Source of the DNA: a virus
Length of the DNA: 64,000 nt
Reading direction: 5' to 3' (one strand)
IMG/VR virus record: IMGVR_UViG_2909435987_000002
In this document: piece after piece, positions 30,637 to 39,444 of the stretch
Position numbering within the stretch: position 1 is the stretch's first letter
How the letters are laid out: every line of letters begins with the position of its first letter
Notes under the pieces: model-generated
What the model saw: the letters and a program-made list of their open reading frames with translations, nothing else
The model's database searches: none
What the model was told of the DNA's origin: nothing
Position numbers and translations under genes: made by a program

Positions 30637-32818
30637 GATTAGGGTTCTCTCTATTATTAACCCTTCTTAAAAAGTCTATTTTATCGTATACATTCTGTAT
30701 TCTAGGAGAGTGGGATGACTTTACAGAACGGGCTACACCATAATCTTTATTATCTACTATATAAGTAGAAGAGTTACTTAAAGAAGAATCAGACATAGAA
30801 GTTGCATCAATAATTAAAGATCGGGGCTTAACTCTAAATTCAGTTTTTATAGCTAGAGATCTACCAGTAGCTATCTCTAATCCTGGTATCTCTGTAAGAA
30901 TATCTATTACTTCTTTTATTTCTAGTTTAGTTTTCTTAAAAGCCGTAAATTGTAAACCATAACATATCTTACTATCCTGAATTAAAGTAGAAACTAATCC
31001 TGCTAATACATCAGTATATTGAGATATAGGATATATAGCTTTAAGTATCTCTATCAGAGAATCTTCTACTGATAATGAGTTAAGGTTTATAGATAAACTA
31101 TTATCATTATTTAGATATTTCTTAGTTTGAGGAAATAATTTAGGATCAAAAGAACTTAATCTAAGTCTTAATTCCCCACTAACTGAAGTATAACCATCAG
31201 CTAATCTAAACCAGAAGGTATCTAAGATATAGTCTTGTTTAGCAGTACTAGTAGAACTACTAGATACATTCTTAAGAAGAGCTTTAACATCTCCATTCTG
31301 AACTAATAGAGTAATAGACTTAGGCCCCCTTTTATCTAGATAAGAATAAGAAGGATTAAGTCCATATACTAGACCATCTATATAAGGTATGGAGTAACTA
31401 GTATTGTTTCTAATAGAGGGATTAATAAAATCAGAAGAATCAGAATATAAACTATCCCAATAGATTGTATTAGTTAAAGATTGACCAGTATTATCAGCAA
31501 CACATATATAAGAGATACCAGCCGCATCTACTATATCACCAGCAACATAAGCAGTAATATTATCCCAGTTACCTTTATAAGCAATAGAAGTTATAAGATT
31601 AGGTTTGACCGCTTTAGCATATTCAATCTTATCTATAGTATAGAACTTTAGTATTATTAATTCTCTACTAACAATATTGCTGTGTCTTCTAGCATTGAAT
31701 GTTAATGAGTTAACTTGCTGAACCATTCTAAAGGCTAATACCTTTCTTTCATGTTCATCATTATCTATTTCATATAACTTCTTTTTAACTAGTACTATAT
31801 TTGCTAAAGAAGCACTTCCTTTATTAGGAGAGGCTAGGATATTAGTTAATGCGCCGCCAGTTAAGGAATTATTCTCCAAACAAGCAGTATTAAAAGTATC
31901 TGCTAGTGTATCTATAACTTCATCAGCAGTCCATCCATCTCTAATAAAGAAAGAACCTTCAATAGGAGGATTCACTTGTAAGGTAGGATGTATCTGAGTT
32001 ACTGCCTGTGTAAGTTGTTCAGCATCAGCTATTATTAAAGGTTCTCCTTCCATTGAAGATATATAATACCAACCTAATGCTATCTTAGTAGATGGTATAG
32101 ATAGACTACTTAGAGTTCTAACAGTCATCTCTACATCTAAATCTTCTAGTCTTAAAGGTTCTTTAATAGGAACCTGATTAAATAAACTTTCAGGAAGAGT
32201 AGTTTTATCTATATCTAAAGCTATATAAATAGTTTCATTAGAATTATTAGCACTAGGTAATGTAATAGAAGAAGATTCTACTTTTCTACCAGTCTCATAT
32301 AGTTTAATTATCCTATCTAAATCAACAATAGCTTGTTCTTCTATCTTATTACCTAGATCTATATTCTTAATATCTGAATTAATAGGTAATTGTCTTATAA
32401 GGATAGAAGCCGTTAGAGCAGCAGCTATACTAGTTATACCTTCACTGAAAGGACTGGTTCCTAAAGTCATAAAGTTAACTACGTTCTGAATTAACTCAGA
32501 GAAGTTACTTTCATTAGTGGAATATCCAGGAGCAGTATATCCAGTACCAGAAGTTAATTGTCCTACTGGATTGTTGTTAAATAAGAAAGTATTATCTAAG
32601 TTTTTAGAGGCAGCTAATATAAGACCTATTCTAGGATATACCTGTACTTGAGCTACTCTAATAACTTCAGTTGGTTTCCTCTCGTAAGGTTTTATTAAAG
32701 AGGAATAAGAGATTACCATATCAGTAAAATCTATCTGATTTACTTCAAGGAACTCTTTAATAATAGAATTCCCAGAGAAGAATCCTTCTCCGGGACTAGC
32801 TCCACCAAAATTAGACAT
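30626..32818 (-). CDS. Hypothetical virion protein (730 aa)
   Basis: ORF in the structural operon. Confidence 0.45.
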   Translation of the reverse strand: MSNFGGASPGEGFFSGNSIIKEFLEVNQIDFTDMVISYSSLIKPYERKPTEVIRVAQVQVYPRIGLILAASKNLDNTFLFNNNPVGQLTSGTGYTAPGYSTNESNFSELIQNVVNFMTLGTSPFSEGITSIAAALTASILIRQLPINSDIKNIDLGNKIEEQAIVDLDRIIKLYETGRKVESSSITLPSANNSNETIYIALDIDKTTLPESLFNQVPIKEPLRLEDLDVEMTVRTLSSLSIPSTKIALGWYYISSMEGEPLIIADAEQLTQAVTQIHPTLQVNPPIEGSFFIRDGWTADEVIDTLADTFNTACLENNSLTGGALTNILASPNKGSASLANIVLVKKKLYEIDNDEHERKVLAFRMVQQVNSLTFNARRHSNIVSRELIILKFYTIDKIEYAKAVKPNLITSIAYKGNWDNITAYVAGDIVDAAGISYICVADNTGQSLTNTIYWDSLYSDSSDFINPSIRNNTSYSIPYIDGLVYGLNPSYSYLDKRGPKSITLLVQNGDVKALLKNVSSSSTSTAKQDYILDTFWFRLADGYTSVSGELRLRLSSFDPKLFPQTKKYLNNDNSLSINLNSLSVEDSLIEILKAIYPISQYTDVLAGLVSTLIQDSKICYGLQFTAFKKTKLEIKEVIDILTEIPGLEIATGRSLAIKTEFRVKPRSLIIDATSMSDSSLSNSSTYIVDNKDYGVARSVKSSHSPRIQNVYDKIDFLRRVNNRENPNHAL

Positions 32819-32830
32819 ATTAGTTTTATT

Positions 32831-33352
32831 TTATTCGGCAGTTTTCTGAATTGTATATTCTTGATCCAGAATGTCTTGGATGACTTTAGATTTAGTACTA
32901 TATGTAATATTATAAGATTTACAAATAACTTCTAAATCTTTTCTAATCTTTCCTAATAACTCTCTTTCTCTTTCGTCTCTTAAAGGAGTTGAAGGTTTAT
33001 TCTCTTGTTCTAATATACTAGCTACTAAATGACTAACATTAGAATCTAAAAGGGGAACTTCCCCCTTAGATTCTAATATCATTTCTTCTCCAATAATAAC
33101 TGGAGGCTGAGTATAATTCAAATCTGGAATAGCTTCCCCTTTATTAGTATTTAGAGATAGTTGAGCTAGTACTTCCTTTTCTATATGTACCATTTGAGAA
33201 TAATCATTGAAGGAAGAAGATAGAAAAAGTAATTCTTTATATTCTTCTTCTTTATCTGTATCTAAATAGAAGTCTTCACCAGTAGTAACAAAATGATTCT
33301 TACTACCATATACATATCTAAAAGGAGCTAATACCAATACTCTGACTTTCAT
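32831..33352 (-). CDS. Hypothetical head/neck protein (173 aa)
   Basis: ORF in the structural operon. Confidence 0.45.
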   Translation of the reverse strand: MKVRVLVLAPFRYVYGSKNHFVTTGEDFYLDTDKEEEYKELLFLSSSFNDYSQMVHIEKEVLAQLSLNTNKGEAIPDLNYTQPPVIIGEEMILESKGEVPLLDSNVSHLVASILEQENKPSTPLRDERERELLGKIRKDLEVICKSYNITYSTKSKVIQDILDQEYTIQKTAE

Positions 33353-33361
33353 AAATCTAAA

Positions 33362-34453
33362 TTATTTAGCAAACATTTCAACTACTGATTCTACAGCTAA
33401 ACTAGCCCCTAATGTCAACTTTACTAAAGGTTCTGGATCACCATAACGTGTTAGTTTACTAACAGGTAATTGATTACCAAATCTTAAAGTAAAAGGAGCA
33501 GGACTCATATATATAGGATCAATACGACCTAAAGAAGCTGCATCTTTCTTAGTAAGATATCTAGTAACACCATAGTTCTTTACTACTTGACCAATAGGCA
33601 TATTAGAAGCATATTCATACTCAAATACAGCTACATGAGTTTTACCTGAAGCAGTAAACGTACTAGCAGTTGTTAAATCAACAACTGTACCATTAATATC
33701 TGCAATAGCATCTGATTGGCTAGCATAATTCTTAGCAGATTTTAATAGATACTTTCTGCTAGGCATAAAAGCTGTGTTAGCCGCAGCTATAGCATATACT
33801 CTTCTCTGTGCTGGAATTAGACCAACTTTAGACTTGAAATCTAAAAACTGATCTCTAGACATTACTGAGAGAGCATTTCTCTTAGGAGAGTTATCTACTG
33901 TAGCTACTTCTGCTAGAACTAGATCAAATCCAATAGGTGCAAAAGGTTGTAGTTGATATAATGGATCCCACTGTCTACGTTCTGCTTCATAATAAGCATT
34001 GAAGATTGTGATTTCATCAGTAGTAGCAGTGCCGTTATAAACTTTTTTAGATAAAGCTTGTAAGCCACCTTTAGCTAATACACCTTGTTCTACATCACTA
34101 GGAAAGAAAGTATGAGCAATAGCTTCAGCAGTTTGTGGATCAGCAGCTACATAATAAGAATTACCCGCAGCTTCAGCAGCAGAACGACTAGAAGGTTCTA
34201 GATATTTAGGTACTGCACCAATAATAAAAGATTGACCTTGAGCAACTAAAGAAGATAAAGTACTAAAGTCAATTGATTTACCTGTGAAACTATAATCAGT
34301 ACCTTCTACTTCAAGCAAACCCCCATCAAATTCAATAAGATCATCAGTAATAGTATATGTTGGAGATTTCTTTAGGTAGCATTGAGCGTAAGTTTTATCT
34401 CCACCTTGAGTTCTAGCTCCGGGAAATATTTGGTTTAAGAAAAGTAAACCCAT
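33362..34453 (-). CDS. Abundant virion protein (auxiliary/decoration capsid or major tail protein candidate)
   Basis: Directly downstream of the MCP gene and shares its GC-richer codon usage. Confidence 0.45.
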   Translation of the reverse strand: MGLLFLNQIFPGARTQGGDKTYAQCYLKKSPTYTITDDLIEFDGGLLEVEGTDYSFTGKSIDFSTLSSLVAQGQSFIIGAVPKYLEPSSRSAAEAAGNSYYVAADPQTAEAIAHTFFPSDVEQGVLAKGGLQALSKKVYNGTATTDEITIFNAYYEAERRQWDPLYQLQPFAPIGFDLVLAEVATVDNSPKRNALSVMSRDQFLDFKSKVGLIPAQRRVYAIAAANTAFMPSRKYLLKSAKNYASQSDAIADINGTVVDLTTASTFTASGKTHVAVFEYEYASNMPIGQVVKNYGVTRYLTKKDAASLGRIDPIYMSPAPFTLRFGNQLPVSKLTRYGDPEPLVKLTLGASLAVESVVEMFAK

Positions 34454-34501
34454 TGTTAATTATTAATTCCTGTATAAATTTTGATTAATATAAGATTCAA
34501 C

Positions 34502-34536
34502 TCTCAGTTAATCGCAGATATAACAATTAACTGAGA
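34502..34536 (-). promoter_or_regulatory. Hairpin after the MCP stop (attenuator or RNA-stability element; no U-tract)
   Basis: TCTCAGTTAAT-cgcagatataaca-ATTAACTGAGA (11-bp stem). Confidence 0.4.
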
Positions 34537-34570
34537 TATATAAAATTGAATCAATATAGTATATATATAA

Positions 34571-35884
34571 TTAGAAAAGTAAGTGGAAAAGATCTCCAAG
34601 TACACCAAGACGTTGTTCAATTTGATCAACAGTACATACTGTCATATGAGCAACTCTATCTGGATACTTGAGATATGGCATACCTGCATTACCCATTTGT
34701 ACATACATACCAGGAGCAGCAGGGATTTGTGTTTCAGTTTGTACTCTAGTCCACAGACCAGGAGCTCCACCAGATTCTTCAGATACACAATATTGTGTTC
34801 TACCTGGAGCTTCACTAGCACCTTGACTATCTTGTTCTGCTACAAAGACAATTTTATTCTTAGGCCAAATTCTCTTAACAAGACCATCAGTAGGATCTTT
34901 ATAGATAGTATCTACTATACGAATAGGAATACCTGCAATAGTGGCTAATTTACCTTCACCATCAAGTGTGATAGAACCATTACGCATTGGCACTCCACCA
35001 TTAGGAACTAATAGACCCACACCAGCAGCAGTAGTATTCTGACCAGCAGTTACACCAAAACGAGGAATCCATCCACCCATAGCTATCTTAATCTCATTGT
35101 TCATTGAGATAATATCTCTAAGCTCTGGGCCCATATACATGGCAGTTAGCTTAACTTTATTAGTATCTCTAAACCAATTAGAGAATCTAGTAACACAATC
35201 AATAATAGCTGCATCTGGTTCTGTCCAAGGAACTCCGGCACCACTAGCTGCTGGATCAGCAACGTTAGCATCTACTAGAGTTCTAAATAGAGAATGTTCT
35301 GCTCTACCTCTAAAACCTGAAGTAACATTATAAGCCCACATGTTATGAGCAGGTATTCTACTAGATACAGCAGCGCCTACTTGAGTACGAGGATCAGTAT
35401 AGTTAATACCACCTAGTAACATCATAGCTCTATAGATATTCCAAGTCTGGTTATGTTGATTAACCATTCTTGTCATCTTAGTTTGAATCTGTTCTGCTGG
35501 AGACCATCTTTCATTTAAGGTACCAGGTCTAACTCTACTATTAATTTCTCCATAAGAGATAAAAGTAGAACGTCTAATATAAAGAGGTTGAACAACTCTA
35601 CGAGTCATCGTACCTTCGTTATCAGAAAGAATAACGTCAGGCTTACCCATTTCTACCATTGGGAAAATGGTATCAATACCTTGGAAATTCTGTTCTATAA
35701 CTACATGTCTCTCTAGAATATTTTCTTCTGGAAACAATTCTGTTAGAGGAGTATTACCTACTAAAGGAACTATAGATTTAGCTAGTTCAGTAAACGTAGG
35801 TTCTCCAGGCAACGAATGGTTAGCAACAGTAATCTGTTCACTAACATAAGGGCCAAAATTAGGAGTCGCTAAAATAGGATTCAT
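34571..35884 (-). CDS. Major capsid protein (HK97-fold-like)
   Basis: 437 aa, between the scaffold-like and downstream genes. Its composition and position are typical of an MCP, it has GC-richer codons, and a hairpin follows the stop. Confidence 0.6.
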   Translation of the reverse strand: MNPILATPNFGPYVSEQITVANHSLPGEPTFTELAKSIVPLVGNTPLTELFPEENILERHVVIEQNFQGIDTIFPMVEMGKPDVILSDNEGTMTRRVVQPLYIRRSTFISYGEINSRVRPGTLNERWSPAEQIQTKMTRMVNQHNQTWNIYRAMMLLGGINYTDPRTQVGAAVSSRIPAHNMWAYNVTSGFRGRAEHSLFRTLVDANVADPAASGAGVPWTEPDAAIIDCVTRFSNWFRDTNKVKLTAMYMGPELRDIISMNNEIKIAMGGWIPRFGVTAGQNTTAAGVGLLVPNGGVPMRNGSITLDGEGKLATIAGIPIRIVDTIYKDPTDGLVKRIWPKNKIVFVAEQDSQGASEAPGRTQYCVSEESGGAPGLWTRVQTETQIPAAPGMYVQMGNAGMPYLKYPDRVAHMTVCTVDQIEQRLGVLGDLFHLLF

Positions 35885-35908
35885 TATAAATTAATTACCT
35901 TAAAAGTA

Positions 35909-37453
35909 TTATTGACCCAGCTTTAATTTAGTAGCTTTGTCTTTATTAGATTGAATAATCTCTTTCATGCTGGCTTCTAAACCAGTTGGAGAGCTGATAG
36001 ATTGACCAAACTGTTCATAAGTAACAGGCTCAGTTTTAATAGCATCCATTACTAATGAAGTGATTACTTCCAATACTGATTTAGATTCTTCGTTACCCGC
36101 AGCAGTAGATAGTTTAATAACATTACTATTACTATCTAAAGCAGATTCAATTTGACTAAATCTTTCAATAAAAGAAGCTGGCATTCCTTGATCTACTAGC
36201 TTTGAGTATCTAGCAGTTCTTTCTGCTTTAGCTACAGAAGTAGAGAATGCTTGAGAGATTTCTTGCTGCTTATTTAAAGCATTACTTAAATCAGCTATCT
36301 TACTATTAAGACCTTCAATAAGTTGACTATTCTGAGCCTTCATAGCTTCTAGTTGCTTTTCGTAAGCAATAGAAAGATTATCTGTAACCTGTTTAATAAG
36401 AGCTGCTACATCTAACTTAGCTTGGGGCTCTTCAACTACAGATGTCGAAGAAGTAGTAACAATAGCAGGCTGAATAGGTTGTTCTAAAATTGGAGTTGGA
36501 ATAGTTGCTGTAGGAGCTATTCCTGTAACTGTATTACCTGTAGCTTCTAGTACAGCATTAACAGCTTCAGTAACAGTTTCTACATTATTGTTTTGTTGTG
36601 ACATTTCAATATCTGAACTAGTTAAATTAGTATCATCTATTGATAGTTTAATCATGAATACAGATCTGCTTTGTGGGCAGTCATTCTGCTTACTATTATC
36701 TATTTCTTCAGAAGCATTAACAGATAATGCTTGAACTTTTAAATCCCTAAAAGGAATAAAAGGAGAATTAGTTAAAGCAACTCTAGTTAATACAACTCCT
36801 AAATTCTCACCAGTTTCTTTACTTTTAAAATTCCTTATAAGTTCAGGAGATACATATTCATACTCTCCATTAAGAACTAATTTATAAGTATCTTCAGGAC
36901 AAGAATATAAACCATATAGAATATTATCTTCTATAGATAACTTTTGTAGTTCACCTTTCTTAAGTTCAGCGTCTACCGCTTCATATTCAGGATCAGTAGA
37001 GTGACCATAAGTAATATAAGAAGTAAAACCTAAAGCGTCATTCTCAAAGTTAGATAGTACTGAATTGAATTCATAGTCATCAAACTTAACTTGTCCATAT
37101 TTCTCATGGTAGAAATTTCCTTTCTTAGCAATAGGTATCTTTAACATACCTTGTGAAAAGTAAAGGCGGCTTTCTAATATATCTTCATATACTTCTTCTT
37201 TAGGAGAAATATCTTCTATCTCCTTCTTAATCCATAATCTACAATAACCTTGAGGACTGATAGAACCTTCTACTACTGAACAAGCATTCTCGTAGTAATA
37301 GCTACATGTTTCACATTTAATACTTCTATTAGATAGATAGAGAGGAGACTCATTAGTATATAGAGCTTCTTCTTGAGAGAAAGAACCAGTCTGAGATATT
37401 ACCTGATCTATGCTATCTTCAAGTAATTCTTCTTTAGATATATCTGTATCCAT
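35909..37453 (-). CDS. Scaffold-like protein (possibly a protease/scaffold fusion)
   Basis: The C-terminal half is a Q/A/L-rich coiled coil (KQLEAMKAQNSQLIEGLNSKIADLSNALNKQQ). The N-terminal half is Cys-containing and globular. It lies between the portal and the MCP. Confidence 0.4.
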   Translation of the reverse strand: MDTDISKEELLEDSIDQVISQTGSFSQEEALYTNESPLYLSNRSIKCETCSYYYENACSVVEGSISPQGYCRLWIKKEIEDISPKEEVYEDILESRLYFSQGMLKIPIAKKGNFYHEKYGQVKFDDYEFNSVLSNFENDALGFTSYITYGHSTDPEYEAVDAELKKGELQKLSIEDNILYGLYSCPEDTYKLVLNGEYEYVSPELIRNFKSKETGENLGVVLTRVALTNSPFIPFRDLKVQALSVNASEEIDNSKQNDCPQSRSVFMIKLSIDDTNLTSSDIEMSQQNNNVETVTEAVNAVLEATGNTVTGIAPTATIPTPILEQPIQPAIVTTSSTSVVEEPQAKLDVAALIKQVTDNLSIAYEKQLEAMKAQNSQLIEGLNSKIADLSNALNKQQEISQAFSTSVAKAERTARYSKLVDQGMPASFIERFSQIESALDSNSNVIKLSTAAGNEESKSVLEVITSLVMDAIKTEPVTYEQFGQSISSPTGLEASMKEIIQSNKDKATKLKLGQ

Positions 37454-37543
37454 ATATTGCTTTTGATATTATCAATCTAAATAATATCTATATATGCAAT
37501 AGTAAGTGGTAGGAAGGATTGCCTATTTAGTTTATGAGTAGAT

Positions 37544-37587
37544 TATCTAATATCTATATTGAAATATTTCAATATAGATATTAGATA
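37544..37587. promoter_or_regulatory. 44-bp perfect palindrome overlapping the RBS and start codon of the Dps-like gene
   Basis: Perfect 22+22 inverted repeat centred at 37565/37566 (...tctatattgaaata|tatttcaatataga...). Verified base by base. Confidence 0.6.
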
Positions 37588-38066
37588 TGAATCCAACAAT
37601 AATAGATATTCCACAAGGTATAAGAAGTGATGCAGTTGATAAATTAAACTATTTACTAGCTCTTATGGCTGATCTTTATTCTCAATTTAAAACTGCTCAT
37701 TGGAATGTAAAAGGTATGAACTTTATATCTTTACATAAGATGTTTGATGACTTAGCAGGGGAAGTGGATGGGCATGTAGATAGTATTGCTGAAAGATTAG
37801 TAGCTTTAGGGGGAATAGCTTATGGAACTATAAAGATGGCAGCTTCTAGTAGTACTCTAAGTGAGTTATCTATCGAACAGTTTAATGGAGCTAGTTACTT
37901 AAAAAGTCTAGCTATTAATATAGTTAAGATTACTTCTCTATTAAGAGAATATAGCGGCGCATTAGATTCTAGTGGAGATATAACAACAGCTAACTTTTTG
38001 CTAGAATTAGCATATTCGTTAGACAAAATGTTGTATTTTATAGAGTCTCACTTATCTAATGCTTAA
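37587..38066 (+). CDS. Dps-like ferritin-superfamily protein
   Basis: AHWNVKGMNFISLHKMFDDLAGEVDGHVDSIAERLVALGG matches the Dps signature. Confidence 0.75.
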   Translation: MNPTIIDIPQGIRSDAVDKLNYLLALMADLYSQFKTAHWNVKGMNFISLHKMFDDLAGEVDGHVDSIAERLVALGGIAYGTIKMAASSSTLSELSIEQFNGASYLKSLAINIVKITSLLREYSGALDSSGDITTANFLLELAYSLDKMLYFIESHLSNA

Positions 38067-38994
38067 ACTAATTAATTCTATTCTTTCTGAGAATCCTACT
38101 GCTGATATAACCTTAATCAACAAACTACAGCTTCTAGTAGATAAATATAATCTTAAATGGGTTCCTTCTAAATTAGGTAAGGGGGCCTATTTTATTATGC
38201 ACACCCTTAGTACTAGTAAAGAACTGAGTTATGAAAACTATAGAAGGAATTGGAGTAAATCTAATAAACTTCAAGGTAAAGGAATGTTATTGAAAGGAGA
38301 TAATCTCAAATCATTTAAAAAGATATATAAAGATATTCATAAGGTTAATTTAGGTGCTAATTTAAATAGCTTATGGATAGGTGATTGGTTACATGCTTAT
38401 GATTATTTAACTAAGATAGTAAATAATGCGGCTGGTAAAACTTCTAAAGTTCAAAAGCCTAAACTTAAATTAGTTAATGGAGGAAAGACTAGTTGGGCTA
38501 GTGAATTTGATATTCAAGAAGAGTTAGTAAAACTAGCTTCTTACTCTAATCTTAATTTAAGAAGAGAATATGTAATTGATAATCTTCTAAAGAATAAGAC
38601 TAACAATCTAGCTAGAACAAGAAGATATGATTTAGTTCATATATCAGATAAGAGAGTAGTTATATATGAATTAAAGAAAGGACTTCTAACAATAGAAGAT
38701 GTATCTACTTCTTTAGGGGAGAAAGGATATATGAATCTAGCTAGGAGCCACTTTGGTAAAGAAGTAAAGTTAGTATTTCTTAGTCCTATAGGGATACAAG
38801 AAGAAGCTAAGAGATTAATAGATGAGATGTCAAATATAGGATTCTTAAAAGTAAATGATTTTGCTAAAGCTATATATTTATCTATTGAAGAAGAGATGAA
38901 GAAAAAAGATTCTTTATGGTTTGCTAGAGAGAGAATCTTACCTCAATTTCCTAGATTACTAAAAGAGTTAATAGTTAAAAGAGAGGCGGCATGA
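38059..38994 (+). CDS. Hypothetical protein (311 aa), possible PD-(D/E)xK-like C-terminal region
   Basis: Translationally coupled to the Dps-like gene (ATGCTTAA overlap). Weak D...ELK motif (HISDKRVVIYELKKG). Confidence 0.45.
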   Translation: MLKLINSILSENPTADITLINKLQLLVDKYNLKWVPSKLGKGAYFIMHTLSTSKELSYENYRRNWSKSNKLQGKGMLLKGDNLKSFKKIYKDIHKVNLGANLNSLWIGDWLHAYDYLTKIVNNAAGKTSKVQKPKLKLVNGGKTSWASEFDIQEELVKLASYSNLNLRREYVIDNLLKNKTNNLARTRRYDLVHISDKRVVIYELKKGLLTIEDVSTSLGEKGYMNLARSHFGKEVKLVFLSPIGIQEEAKRLIDEMSNIGFLKVNDFAKAIYLSIEEEMKKKDSLWFARERILPQFPRLLKELIVKREAA

Positions 38995-39410
38995 AATCAT
39001 TAGAGAGAATATTATCTACTAAAGCTCTACTAGAAATATTAGAAAAGAATGTTAGTGAGCCAGAGATAGATAAAGAAGAAGGTAAATTAAGATTTAAGAT
39101 AGCTAAGTTAACGAGAGATAGATCAGTATCTATTGATCTAGATAAGATAGCTTGGGGCCCATTAGAAACTGTATATGAATCTAATGTAGCGGCTCTAATG
39201 ATAATGAGAGGCTACTTAATATTTCCTATAGAAGGAGGATGGATAGTAGTTAATCCTGAAGGAGAAGAATATCAAATAGATGGAAATAGTTGTACTTGTA
39301 AAGGTAATAGTTATAATCCATCTAGTAGATGTAGTCATTTAATATTAAGAGATTGGATGCTCAATTATAGAGCTAGAGGAAATGAATATAGATTAGATAA
39401 AGGATATTAA
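38991..39410 (+). CDS. SWIM zinc-finger protein
   Basis: CTCKGNSYNPSSRCSH fits CxCx(n)CxH. ATGA overlap with the upstream gene. Confidence 0.5.
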   Translation: MKSLERILSTKALLEILEKNVSEPEIDKEEGKLRFKIAKLTRDRSVSIDLDKIAWGPLETVYESNVAALMIMRGYLIFPIEGGWIVVNPEGEEYQIDGNSCTCKGNSYNPSSRCSHLILRDWMLNYRARGNEYRLDKGY

Positions 39411-39444
39411 AATAGGCGGCTAGATTAGCCGCCTATTTTATTTA
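39410..39444. terminator. Bidirectional terminator between the convergent SWIM and portal genes
   Basis: AGGCGGC-tagatta-GCCGCCT flanked by A/T runs. Confidence 0.65.
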
